A stretch of 64,000 nucleotides of DNA from positions 37,696,001 to 37,760,000 of the forward strand of contig CM060731.1 in the NCBI GenBank assembly GCA_030704615.1, in the 5' to 3' direction. This DNA is from Takakia lepidozioides. Lineage: Eukaryota; Plantae; Bryophyta. Below, in pieces: positions 49,472-62,390 of this stretch. Positions within the stretch are counted from its first letter, which is position 1; every line of letters starts with the position of its first letter. The position numbers and the translations under genes were made by a program. Below the pieces are notes generated by a model. The model was not told where the DNA came from. It searched no databases and worked only from the letters and a program-made list of their open reading frames with translations.

Positions 49472-49799
49472 CAGTAGTAACATTATCATCCGAAATGTTA
49501 CTTGGAACTCTACTTGTTGAATCTCTTGATGCCCTTGAAGCCTGCCGGGAAGCCCCGCATTTTTGCCAATCACGAAGCTCTTCTTCTACTTTTTGAATTC
49601 GCTCCTTGAATGTGACTGGGCAAAACAATTTTTCATATGACAAATGTCAGCTGAAATGTCGAACATTTGTAGAAAAAATGATAAAGTAAAAGTGCAAGTG
49701 GAAGACACTTTCAAGATCAAATTCTCCATAAACAACAAACAGTGGGATAAGTACACACCAAGATAATCAGGTTCCTTTTGTTGTGATAGGTTTTAGGCT

Positions 49800-50885
49800 C
49801 ATCAGGTAAAGAAGCCATGTCTGAAGAGTATCGATCATTGCTGCAAAACAGAACATGGGTTCTAGGCAAATTGCCCCCAGGGAGAACAGCCATAAAGTGC
49901 AAATGGGTGTTTAAGGTCAAACAAAAATCGGATGGAACAATTGAGAGGTTCAAGGCAAGAGTAGTTGCTAAAGGATATTCACAGCAGCAGGGCATAGACT
50001 ATGATGAGACTGTTGCCCCAGTTGTCAAATTTGATTCGATCAGGACGATCTTGAGCATAGTTGCAGTCAAGGACATGAACATAGTCCAGTTTGATGTGAA
50101 GACAGCTTTCCTGAATGGAGATTTGGATGAAGAGCTGTATATGATGGGGGGAGGGGGAAGAGGACATGAAGATGAAGTCTGGGTATCTGAAGAAGAGTTT
50201 ATATGGGCTTAAACAAGCATCCCGGGCATGGAACGAGAAGTTCAATAATTTTCTTGTGAAGTATGACCTAAAGCCAAGCTAGGCTGACTGTTGTGTGTAT
50301 TACAATGATGGTGCATCAGAGACGATAACAGCAATCTTTGTAGATGATGGAATTGTTTGCAGCCGTGATAAATCAAAATTGGATGAGATCATCGGATACT
50401 TGAATCTGCATTTTGATGTGAAAGCAGGAGAAGTCGAATGTTACGTGGGATTGCGAATAACGAGAGACAGGGACAAAAGAACGATATACCTAGATCAGAA
50501 GAGGTATATTGCTCATATCATCAAACGTTTTGGATTTGATGACGCAAGTCCTGCGATTGTTCCAGCTGACCCTAATGCAAGGTTAAGCTTGTGGCTGAAC
50601 AATACAAAGATAACGAAGGAGAGAATAGTGAGTACCTACCCTACAGAGAAGCAGTTGGCTCACTTATGTTTGCGATGTTGGGCACACGACTTGACATTGC
50701 CTATGCTGTCAGTTGTGCAGCAAAATATTCGCACTGTCCAAGAAGAGCTCACTGGAATGTCTTGAAACGGATATTTAAATATCTAAAGGGCACACTAAAC
50801 TATGGGATTTGTTTTAGTGGGAGCAGTGAACGGGCTGAGAATACCTTGACGGGTTATTGTGATGCGGACTATGGGGGAGATATGT
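49800..50885 (+). mobile_element. Ty1/Copia reverse transcriptase fragment
   Basis: [59 protein letters not shown]. Confidence 0.9.
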
Positions 50886-51333
50886 ACAAACTGTTCCCAA
50901 ACTTTCATGATGAGCATTTCCTTCGTGCACTTAGGTCAGTGAAAGAAGGTCGACAAAGTGTGAAGAGTAGCATGCTCGATCATGGGTGTTACTGATGCCC
51001 CTTTAGTGGAGGTAGAAGGCCTCTGATGAGAATCATAGAATCGGAGTTCAGAGTAAAAGGAGATGTTAGTTTAAAATGCAAGAAGCAATCATGAACTTCA
51101 AACCATGTGTCCAGACAAAATGCTGTCAAGACTGAGCTTGGATTGCTTGATATCTCCTCCCCTGCAGCAGTCTCTCTGTTGGACTGGCAGACTTAATCTG
51201 CATATAAAAGATCTGCACAGTGCTGGAATTTTGTGGAGAAGTTGCAGCAGTCATTGATGTGCTGAAAGGCCTTTTTACGATCCAGTTGAACATTGACTTA
51301 GAGGACAATGAGGGTGTTGTACTGACATCCCCC

Positions 51334-52630
51334 TGTGAAATATTCTACACATTGAGAACCTAGATCTTTTATAACAACAATTACATACTTTTATTGATCA
51401 TGTAGAAAGTCTCTCATACTTAATATATATCCATCTCTCTCTGTCTCTGTATGTTCTTGTTGTGAGAGACGCAACTCTCCTTTATAGTTACACAACTGAG
51501 TAGGTAATCCAATGGTTACACAACCGATTTATGTGACTTCTGGAATCACACCCGAAGAGTTGTGTCTGTTAGAATGTTGAAGCTGCAACTGTAACGACAA
51601 CTTTCCAACATTCTCCCTGCAGCGAAACATTTAAGAATTTTTAAGTCTAACTTGTAAATTTGAATCTGCTTGAAATTTTTCTAATTTCATGGTCCGAGTC
51701 TCAAGGAAATCGATATCGCAAGCTCCTTCTCGTGGTCCGTATCTCTTGTACCTTCACGAGGTCCAAACTTCATATCTTCATTCTCTGACTCCTTCAAGAA
51801 ATTCTTAATCTCACTTCGTAGTCTTCAATACAACGCAAGACTCCCTTCTTCTCCCCTTTTTGGTTTCCAACAGTCTCTAGCGAAATGTCCCTTTTTCCCA
51901 CATTCCATGCATTTATATGTGCTGGCTGTGCATTCAAAGCAGGTTTGGGTATGCTTCCATCCACTATGCCCCATACCTCCCTTTCTTCTAGAATATGTTT
52001 ACATCTAATGCTCCACTCTTCATAGTTAGAACCATTAAATCTATCATTTTCTCTCAAGTCAGGAGTATAGTGACTATATGTAATGGCTTGAGCATTCAAA
52101 CCACCAGTGGTAGTACTAGAAGCACTACTTGTACTTGCGCTAACTGTTGACATTATGTCAACGCTTCTCTTAATTTCAATTTCTTCTTAGTCGACTCTCA
52201 TGTGTCTCAATGTGACAACCTTGTCAACGTGGCTCTGATACCATGTGAAATATTCTACACATTGAGAACCTAGATCTTTTATAACAACAATTACATATTT
52301 TTTTGCTAATGTAGAAAGTCTCTCGTACTTAATATATATCCATCTCTCTCTTGTGAAATATTCTACACATTGAGAACCTAGATCTTTTATAACAACAATT
52401 ACATACTTTTATTGATCATGTAGAAAGTCTCTCATACTTAATATATATCCATCTCTCTCTCTCTCTCTCTCTCTTCTTGTTGTGAGAGACGCAACTCTCC
52501 TTTATAGTTACACAACTGAGTAGGTAATCCAATGGTTACACAGCCGATATATGTGACTTCTGGAATCGCACCCGAAGAGTTGTGTATGTTAGAATGTTGA
52601 AGCTGCACCTGTAACGACAACTTTCCAACA
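51334..52630 (-). mobile_element. Internally deleted Copia element (1.3 kb) with both LTRs and 5-bp TSD
   Basis: LTRs 52352-52630 and 51334-51610, plus an extra partial LTR copy at 52244-52351; PBS tggtatcagagc at 52232-52243; gag start RFNGSNYEEWS..VWGIVDG; PPT gcagggagaa; TSD ccccc. Confidence 0.9.
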
Positions 52631-54052
52631 CCCCCCAGGGTATTGCTGAATTTACAGAGTTGGAGACATTGCGCTTGTATGCTGGGGACTCTGGGTAGTG
52701 AGATGATGGTGAGCTTAGCAGATTGTATGGGCAAAGCTTACGCAGTTGACAGGGCTGCAAGCAAGTAACTAAGCTCAAATAAATATTGACAAAACCCTCA
52801 AACAAAGGCATGCATGAAAGGATGAGTTTGTCTGTGCAAGACCCACCATGGTGCACGCCTTCTGGAGTGAGGACATTGTACAAGGCTTGTTGAAGTTATA
52901 GTCAACAAAACTGTTGTTGGATTCTTCTTTTGACGAATGTTCTGATGTGAGCAGGTGTTTGGTTGGATTTTGAGCAAAATTGGTCAAAGATCTATTTCAA
53001 TCTGAGCTGCCCACCAAAAGTTATGGCAGTTTTAAAAGGTAACCAGAGAATAACCTGGATGGCTAAGCAAGTAAGGGTTCTAATTTGATGGTGATCTCAA
53101 GAAAAGACCTCTGTACATATGTCATGTTGGTGGTATAATAAATGGGAGAAGTACATACTGTCACCAAACTTTCCAGAATAAAACTGCTTGAGCACTTCGC
53201 TTGTCATGCTTTGTAACAAGTAGCAGCGTGCACCCCAGGTATCCAAGCGCAGAAGTATGCAGTGGTTCCGGAGTATATGGATAATCTTTTCATGCATGCT
53301 CTCCATATGTCGTGTTGTCTTCTTATGCCTCACACATCTGACTGAAAATTCAAGAAACTGCAACCCCTTTTGTGTAGCTATGCAGTGGCAGGGTACTAAG
53401 AGTGAGGGCAGCAGTACAACCAGATGGGCCAGACTTGAGCGCGACAGTGAATGCGTTGCAACTACCAAACCCTTTTGTCACCCTTGGTTCAAGGTCTTTC
53501 GGAACATCTGTGTATAGCCAGGTGTTCGAGGAGGTATTCAACAGTGTTCATTAAAGGTCTACGTGGTGCTCTTCTGGCGGGTCTTGAGGGTGTAGACAAT
53601 AAGAGTGGAAGCTGAAGGTGGAATGCCACAGTGTTGCCGCAACTGCCCCTGCCTACTGGCTTTCAAGTCCCGAAGTATTTCGACAACCCAAAACTGGCAC
53701 ATCCCTAGTCTAAAACTGTCACAAAATTGAGACAAATCTACCAACGGAATTACCAACATTTATTGTGTTGAGCTCAGTCACAATTTTCTTGGTAGCAGGC
53801 CATTGTCTTGGACTAAGTCCCATCTATGATCTAAAGTCTTGCTGGCTTTCTTCATATCAGCATCAGCTTGAGTTTTGGGGTGAGACTCGAGCACCATTTC
53901 ATTTCATTTCATTTCATGTTGTAATTAGGCGCAGATAGCCAACCTGTGATGAAATGTTTAAGAGCAGCCCTTTGTATAGCCTCATCGCACTCTTATGAAC
54001 ATGGTTCCGGCTTTCCTCTGGTCCCAAATATACACCAGCTATCCGCTTTCTG

Positions 54053-55674
54053 TTACTGGGCTCCTTCAGAGACCTCCAATGGTGGGCTTGGCTTGGACTT
54101 TCTTTTTCTTTTTCTTTGTCTCTTTGGTTTGATTTGGACTTCTGTTTCCGTCTCAGTGAGCCCCTTGGGAACGTCCTTCGTGGTTCTTCCTTCACTTGGT
54201 CCTGGTTGTCCTGCTGCTTGGACTGCGCCGCCATGTCCAAATTCCACAGTTGCTGCTGGTGTAGCATGTGACTCTCCTCCCAATTGCTCCTGTTGCATGC
54301 CAGCGTTAGCTAGCTCGTTGTAATACACGATATTCGTACCAACGCTTTGTTCAAAAATTATGTAACATATCTGTCCGATCCAATGATCCTAAGGCTGAAC
54401 CCGCGTGGTGGGATGAATTCTACCTAGGAATAGGAACAAAAGTGTCCTAGTTCCGGCAATGTATACGCTAGGGCGAGGTACAAGAGTTCGAGGTACAAGT
54501 GTTCAAAGAAATTCGTACTTACTGCTTGATTGATTTGTTCATGGTCATAGTTGATTGCGTGGGGTTGGTCTTGTCCCATCAGCGAGAGTTGCTGTAACTC
54601 GTCTGCCAGTCCACCATTCGCATAAACAGGATCAGAACCCGTAAACATGGGCGGTTCGCACCAGGTTAATATGGGTGATACTGCGCGTTCCAGAGGATGG
54701 GCTTGCCCCATCAGCGAGAGTTGCTCTAACTCGTCTGCCAGTCCACCATTCGAATAAACAGGATCAGAACCCGTAAACATGGGCGGTTCGCACCAGGTTA
54801 ATATAGGTGATACTGCGCGTTCCAGAGGATGGTCTTGCCCCATCAGCGAGAGTTGCTGTAACTCGGCTGCCAGTCCACGATTCGCATAAACAGGATCAGA
54901 ATTTCGACTTGTACACATTGGCGGTTCGCACCAGATAGGTGCAGGAGGATATGGATGGTTGGGAGGAACGTAGCCAGTCTGATTTAAGGATGCTGGGCGT
55001 TCCAGAGGATGGTGTTGCCCCATCAGCGAGAGTGGGCGTTCCAGAGGATGCGCTTGCCCCATCAGTGAGAGTAGCTGTAACTCGTATGCCAGTCCGTGAT
55101 TCGCATAAATAGGATCAGAATTTCGCCTCGTAAACATGGGCGGTTCGCACCAGGTTAATATACGTGCAGGAGGATATGGATGGTTGGGAGGAACGTAGCC
55201 AGTCTGATTTAAGGATGCTGGGCGTTCCAGAGGATGGTGTTGCCCCATCAGCGAGAGTGGGCGTTCCAGAGGATGGGCTTGCCCCATCAGCGAGAGTTGC
55301 TGTAACTCGTATGCCAGTCCGCGATTCGCATAAACAGGATCAGAATTTCGCCTCGTAAACATGAGCGGTTCGCACCAGGTTAATATAGGTGCAGGAGGAT
55401 ATGGATGGTTGGGAGGAACGTAGCCAGTCTGATTTAAGGCCGATACTGCGCGTTCCATCGGAGGATGGTCTTGCCCCATCAGCGAGAGTTGCTGTAACTC
55501 GTCTGCCAGTCCACGATTCGCATAAACAGGATCAGAAAATGGATAATAACGTTGACTGCTAGGGCGACAATACGGACAATACGGACATAACGACAATACG
55601 GACACTCGGTGCCTCGATTGGAATAGCCTTGCTGGAAATACCGACATGATACGTCTTCATGATCCTGGTCCATC
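54053..55674 (-). CDS. Tandem-repeat protein with degenerate N-terminal CCCH-like finger and basic NLS-like tail; two exons, frameshift near the 5' end (possible pseudogene)
   Basis: CRYFQQGYSNRGTECPYC; six copies of SDP(V/I)Y(A/S)N.GLA.EL(Q/E).LSLMGQ; phase-0 GT-AG intron 54371-54522 joins to an exon ending KPKRQRKRKRKSK..GAQ*. Confidence 0.6.
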
Positions 55675-57038
55675 TCTCGTGTTGCCTTTAAATCGTGCAA
55701 TTAGCCCAAGTAAACTGAGGAAACTCGGTACGTCGTAGATCGAAGAAAAGCTGATATCAAACTCGCCGGTAGAATCTGCTGTGATATTCAACATGTAATA
55801 TTTCAATGACCCTTCAATAAGTGAATATGAACAGTCTAGATAACGAGTTCAGAGAAATACAAAGAGGCCTCGGAGGCCAAAACTACTGAGGGTGTGCTGT
55901 CCAGAACTATGTGTATTGGAGAGAGCTTCTGCATAGAAAAAGAGGCACAGAGAAAGGTACGCAGTTAGCGTCAGAGTAGATATAGAAGTCTGCTCTAGTC
56001 AATAAAAAATTGGCTTCATGTTCTTTCAAGTGAAGTTCCGTCGATTTTCAACAGAATCTCTGCTACAGGTAGATGAGTTGCGAAGGGCCATTTTGGATCT
56101 CTAAACTCTGCATTGAGATTCCCAAACTCTTCCCAACGCCCTTGCATCCTCTTCCTACACTGTACCTGCAGCCTACATCCAAAAGATCTCGGTCTAATTA
56201 GTGGAACATGACTCTGACATCGCCATCTCGAACAAGCATTGCGTCGATCCAGTTGGGGTTCTCTCCATCTAAACGCTTTCTCTCAGGCTTCCATCCCTCC
56301 TTCCAGAAATCTGTCTCCCCGCCGTCCCTCCCTCTCAGCGCCCACTCATCCCGATCGCCTTTGCTACATCACACTACACTCCCCTCCATGCACTGGAATC
56401 CCATCAGGCGAGATCCGAGACACCACCCACTGAACAGGTTACTGATCTTTATTCCGATCGCTCTCTCTCCCTTGCGCTCGCCGTCTGTGTACCGTTTAAA
56501 CGGTAATATTCCATTTTGAATATTACACCTCCAATCACCTGACACGTCATATTCCCAAAAATTCAAATTCAAACAATTCTGTAAAATAGATACATGTCGG
56601 AAGGCGGGGTTACATTGGCACGTGGATACATTAAATAGGTACATGCTTCCAAGTTCCATGTGTTTGTTTTCATAATAGATACATGATAGTATAGAGAACA
56701 AGAATATACAGAGATACATGAGTAGATGCATGAAGTGGAAGGGTACATTGAACATTGTTACCTTGTTTCGAAAATATTACCTATAGCGGAGTTGCTTGTC
56801 ATGGTTGTTCAGATTCCATTGTGGGGCACGAGGAAGGATTTGCAGCGGGTTGCTGATCGACGGGTGCAACAAGCCTGGGTGGAGGCTTTTGTACCATCGG
56901 GAGAGGAGTAGAATGCGGGGATTGCACCAAGACCACCTCAGTTGTCTCCATTGGACACCACACCTATTGTGTGGCAGTATCCGGATGAAGACATTTGTCT
57001 TCTGGACTTGGCAGTTTGTTGAGAGCCGTCGAAGAAGA

Positions 57039-57545
57039 GGCGGAATTCTTTTGTCTGTCTGGTATGTAAGAATTATGTGAGGAGAAGATCCAAGAGTTAG
57101 AAACGAAAGAAACTGAAATATCGAAGGCAAAATGTGATGAGTTACAAGCCATGTGGAAAATGCTGAAATCTAGAGACGGTTGTGGAATTAGCACTCCAAC
57201 AGCAATTGGTTTAAAGGGCACTCCTGCACAGCCGTTAGTTCTTGCTTGGAATGAGCGTGTGTTCCAAACAGATGATTATTTCTAGAATGTGTGATTTGGT
57301 TGCATCTTTTGGTCAATTTGCTGCCCGATCATAAGTTTTGGGGTGCTCACTCAACTGTATTTTGCTCTGTACTACATTTAATCTTCACCGGAAGTGCTGC
57401 TTGGGAGACATTGATATAAATAAAGGTCGTCCATTCCAACTGTTGAATGTCACTCGAATGTCAACAATTACTATCTTGCGCAATGTTACCAAGATGTGCA
57501 ATGTTTGCGAACAGGACCATTCCATGGAAGCTCTAATATGTTCAT
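57039..57545 (+). repeat. Dispersed repeat, paralogous to ~18885-19320
   Basis: Direct sequence similarity with an internal indel. Confidence 0.75.
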
Positions 57546-60500
57546 TTTCCTTCAGAATGAGTTCAGAATAGGTCCACGGAGGAAGGATTTTTAGGGACGC
57601 TGTAAATCCGCCTCCATGTCAGGGATGATTGGGAAATTCAAAAGGTGCTCTAAGCTTATTACTTAAGAATAGTTTGAATTTGTAATTTTAGTTGTAAAGT
57701 AAACATCTATGTTTCTTTCTTTGCTTCAACCAACGGTGTAGAGGAAAAGGGTCAAATGTTTAGTGTCCATAAGCAGTCCAAGGATTTGACTTCCGGGCAT
57801 TGGGTTGGCTCAATCTGTATGTGACATATCCGTCAACATCTCAGCTTTTCGGTGAATGGTTAATATCTTCCCTCCATCCCTCCTTCTCTTGCTATTGGTC
57901 TCTTTCTCTATGCGGTCTTGGAGCAAATGTGTGGTATTATAGGAATGGGAAGTGACATTCTTTTGCTGTTCTCTTTATGATTCTGGTGTCGACTACCAAT
58001 TCTCTAAATTCGTTTGGCCTTTTTCAGGGTTTCAGTAAGATGCAGAGTGGGGTTTTGCTGGTGGGATAATCGTATATGGAAATTAGAGCAAACGAATGGT
58101 TTTGGGTTTGTATGGTCATCTGTGGACTTATATCACGTGTGCAATTTCACATCCCTTTCTTCCTGCATGGAAACATTCTGGCCATCCTTGTATGCAACGG
58201 GTGTTGCGTGCGTCCATCTTCTTGTCAAGGAACCTGATGTCTTTAGGTTGTCCGTGTCGATAGCTGTGCTGGTTTGGTCCTTGTTCGGGTACAATCTCAG
58301 CTTCTGCACTTGGCCTTCAAGCAGTGAGGGGCTTGGGTTCTGCTGCCATGGTGGCATCTGGATTTGCTTTTCATGCTGCCCCAAAATAGGGTATCCGATT
58401 AGAATTAAAGTCAATTGGCAAGACATGGTCTATATAATCTTATTTCTTATATGCCATATGAATCATATACTCTGATTGAAGTAAACCCGAAACCCGCATA
58501 AATTGATAGCTCTTAACTATTGCAGTTTTTAAACTGCAAATACTCAACACCTGCCTGAGTTTATGTTCTCTATTTGTGGAAAGATTGATAGAGTTGCGGA
58601 ACATTTCAGTTTCTACAGTAGCCCAGAGGTGGCATTACATGGATAACTGACCTGAAATTGTTTTTAAGCCTTTCAGAATTTGGGTCAGGCAGGTCACTGG
58701 GAGAGACTAGGGGTTGCGCAGGACTCACAGGGGTTATGATGCATAGTGTGGATCGTTCGTGACCGGTTGGTCTGGTGGTGACGTTTCCCACCTGTGTGCC
58801 TAATGGCTTCTCTGAAAGGTCAAGACATTGTGCATGGAGCTGCAAGTCTTATGGCCAAGCGTACCTTTCACCTCCATGAAAACTTTGGTGGGTACTGGAC
58901 TAACCTGTAACCTGGTACTCCAGACTGTATTGTCCCTAAAGTTGTGATGGACGCTGTGACGGCTGTGCATCCTTCAGTGGCTTTCCTTTTCTATGCTTAA
59001 ACTGGATGTCTTAAAGACAACTGCTATTACCAGACAAAGGGCTGCAGGGTTGTGATAGAGGAGAAAAGGATTCAAGATTCTGCTCATGTACGTATTTGTA
59101 TGCAATGGAGCTCTATCCAGGTGTGGGGTATGCTTAGGATGGTAAACCCGACGCTGATGGCTGGTTGGCTGCTATCGCTTCCTCTGCGGAGCTCATGACC
59201 AGTAGAGCACCCTCAACCTTACCGAATTCCTCACATGTCTTCCTCCGCTGAGCCTCTGCCCCCTCCTGCATGACCACGACACATCAATGGACCTGTCCAC
59301 TACGGAAGAATCTAATGTGCTTGATATTTAATGCGTTGGTCTTCTGGCTTGGCAGAAGCAGCCTGGGGGAAGCATCCGGGCCATGGACTATTATTCGCTG
59401 CTGGTCCCCGCTCACGGCTGTCCAGTCGCTGATATTTCTCAAGTGTTGTTGACCAAAGGACTTGTCGTAAGCTCTCTCGCCTGCTCATTCCCCAATACCC
59501 CAGGTCACACGCTTTCAGTTCAATGAAAAACTGAGCGTGAGCTTCCACTGAGGTATGTACGTATGTACCACGTATCCCATATCCCACCCCTTTCAGCACA
59601 TCAAGATTTACGATCATTTTTGGGTAATCGACGAGTTCACCAAGTTTTACGAGCTAAAATTTGTGAGACCCAGATTACTACCTGCAGCCCCTAGCTGGGT
59701 ACTGGGTGAATCCACTGAACACATAAGCACACACTACATCTGAGTCATCCTCAACCTATATATGCATCTCTCTCCAGATACTCAGCTGGCAGTACTCCTT
59801 CCCTGCGTATATCTGGAATTTCAACCCTGCCCTGAGTCACGAGTAGAACAGATCCTGGTGGGGCTATAATGGATCTTGACTTCCAGAAACAACTTATTTC
59901 CCAGAAGAAAGAAGCGCGCTCGACGCTGAGGCTCGAGGTGTAGTATATTGACGAAACTGAAAGATTACAAAATTTTATATGTATATGTACATGCTCACAA
60001 CTATCTCTGCTCTTGTCGGGATGACAAAGCAAAGCGCGCTTACGATATTATGCTGTACGGATGGTTGCTTGCAAAACCTCGCGTCCGCCTCCCTCCATCC
60101 CCAGCAGTCGGTACACCCTTTCTGAGCCTCGAATCTCAACTGAAATCTTCACAACGCAATCGCTAGCAACCTTCTTGAGGCTGCTGCGGGCCTCTATCAT
60201 TGTGTCTTCTACTTTGTGCAACGACCTTTACAAATGAGGTTCTGAGTTTGAATAGTTTGAGCACTATCTTTTGAACCCTCAAGTGATTGTTCTTGAGACC
60301 GTTGAATACATGCCGAACGTGACGCCCAGCTAATATGTCTAAAAAGAAGATAAGTGTCGACCGGAAAGAAGCGTGTTCTAGGTGGGTAGAAACATGGAAT
60401 ATTCTTCCCTTATTCGTCTCTCTCCCAATTCTTCTTGAAGACCTCCCTGTGATATTAGCAAAACGTACCTCCTCGAGGCAAGCTCTAGTGACTAGAGTGC

Positions 60501-61893
60501 GCACTGTTACATAGAAAGGGGGTAAAAATGAGAGCTTTGTGGAGGGGATTGTGATAAATCTAACTACGTATAACCTAGGCCACAGATGTCATATTTCCAG
60601 CAATCCATGGACAACCCTAGTATTTGGAGTTTCATGGACAGTTTTCACTCTTTTGAATATGTACAAGATTCCGTAACTGCTTTTGAACAACTAAATTGGT
60701 TCTAAGAGATTCATAAAGTGGTACAGGAAAAGTGGCTGGCACCAGGTAGTTTACCAAGCTCTACTGACATGTTACCCAGCTGATCAGGATTGAGTGACCC
60801 AGAAACGAAAAGTATCTAGACTAGCCAAGAAGAATTAGTTGTTCACATAACGGATTCATGAGCAGCTAGATGGAGGCCGAGAAGCAAGTCGTTTACTTTG
60901 GAATGCCTTAAAAGTTGACTCTTCCCTTACTGTGGAAAGTATTCATGAACTAAATATTTAGCTATTAGTTCATGAATAAAAGATGGCGGAAATTCGCCCA
61001 AGCCTATGAACGGCTGAGATTGATTGAGCGAGGTTGATCCAGATCAACTGGTATGAGATGTGGTGGGCAGCTTGTCTAAGACTATTGCAGTAAAATCATG
61101 TACAGACCTTCTGCACATGATTGCACAGGAGCTCCAAACACGTTAGCAATGATATATTCAGATATTCTTCCCTGAGCAGCTTGCCAGAAGATTGAACTAA
61201 TAACCTTGCATTACACGTTGTCTGAAGGTAGGGAAATGTCTTATGCCTGACTTCTCACGTTATATGGAGAGACATATGTCAGTTCAACGAGTCCCTCCAA
61301 TCCAGCCTATCTGTTCTAGTGGGTTCAAGGATATCTGTGCGCGCTAACATACACCTGTACACTACGGGTACCAAGAAACGAAGATTTTGTACATACGGAG
61401 AGGAAATTCAGAATTAGGGCCACCTAGAAGTCAATATAGATTAGCTTGCAGATCACAAAGTAAGTGTTTCAGACTAGTTCTCCCTAACACCCTATTATAA
61501 CTTTTCCTTCTCCCCTTCTCTTACGCGGGATCCCATATACTCCCTTCCTTTCTCTAATCCCCTCATATCCATCCTAGTCACTAGACATCCTCCAAAGCCC
61601 CTACTAAGTTTTGACAAGCCAATTGATGCCAGAAACATTCACAATAGAGTCGCAACAGAGAGATAACAAAAGAGTGATCAATCATCTGCCATTGAATTTC
61701 CAACTTCGTGGACAAAGTGTGAGGGTACTTCCAATTCTAGATTCGCGTCTATACATGTAGCCTGGCAAATGTAATTGAGCCTTAAAAAAGTATTGTCCTC
61801 AAAGTTGCTGGTACGCAACAGAAGTGTGTGTCGCCAATAGATAGATCTACACAATAATTACATACGAAGGCCTACTAGGCCGAATTATGATGA

Positions 61894-62390
61894 CTATCTT
61901 TTGCCAGAACCGAATATCCGTCTCCACCCCTTTGACATCCTACACACAGTCTTCCCATGAGGGCGTCTGGCCTCTAATTTCTCTGCTATCTTGGAATCCA
62001 GAATTCTATGGGTCTTCCTGTACACTCGACTCTCCCCATCAGGATCTCCCTGTTTCATTACCACCTTGGAATCCAAGATTATGCTCTTATGCTTGAGTTG
62101 GAGATGGTGCTGGTAGCCCTTCTTGAGCTTAATCGCACTTGCCCTCATTTTCTCCTCGACCGAAGTCACATCCACCTTGTTGGGCTCCTTATCGTTCAAA
62201 TCCACCCCCATCTCCTGCACCCTCCTGGGCTTCTTGAAATTTCTGATATGGAGATTCCCGTCTGCAGTAACCACTGCGGAAATAGACACAAAACTCGAAG
62301 CCATCCTCATCAACCACCTCGCTCTCCAAGCCAAAGAGTTAAGACCAACAGCTTCCTCAACCTCTGATTTCCACCCTCCTTGTTCTATGC
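61894..62390 (-). CDS. Possible terminal exon resembling the C-terminus of plant MED26/TFIIS-N-domain proteins
   Basis: ADGN..SVEEKMRASAIKLKKGYQHHLQLKHKSIILDSKVVMKQG resembles the recalled KLEA.KRKL.E.YQ...N.K.QR.IQV motif; weak. Confidence 0.35.

Noticed and set aside
51000-53880. Degraded Cys/His-rich coding sequence hosting the mini-Copia (possible CxC/KDZ-type transposon)
   Set aside because: Too many stops and frameshifts to support any family by eye.
57900-60550. Exon-like fragments and short ORFs
   Set aside because: No recognisable motif or consistent splice model.
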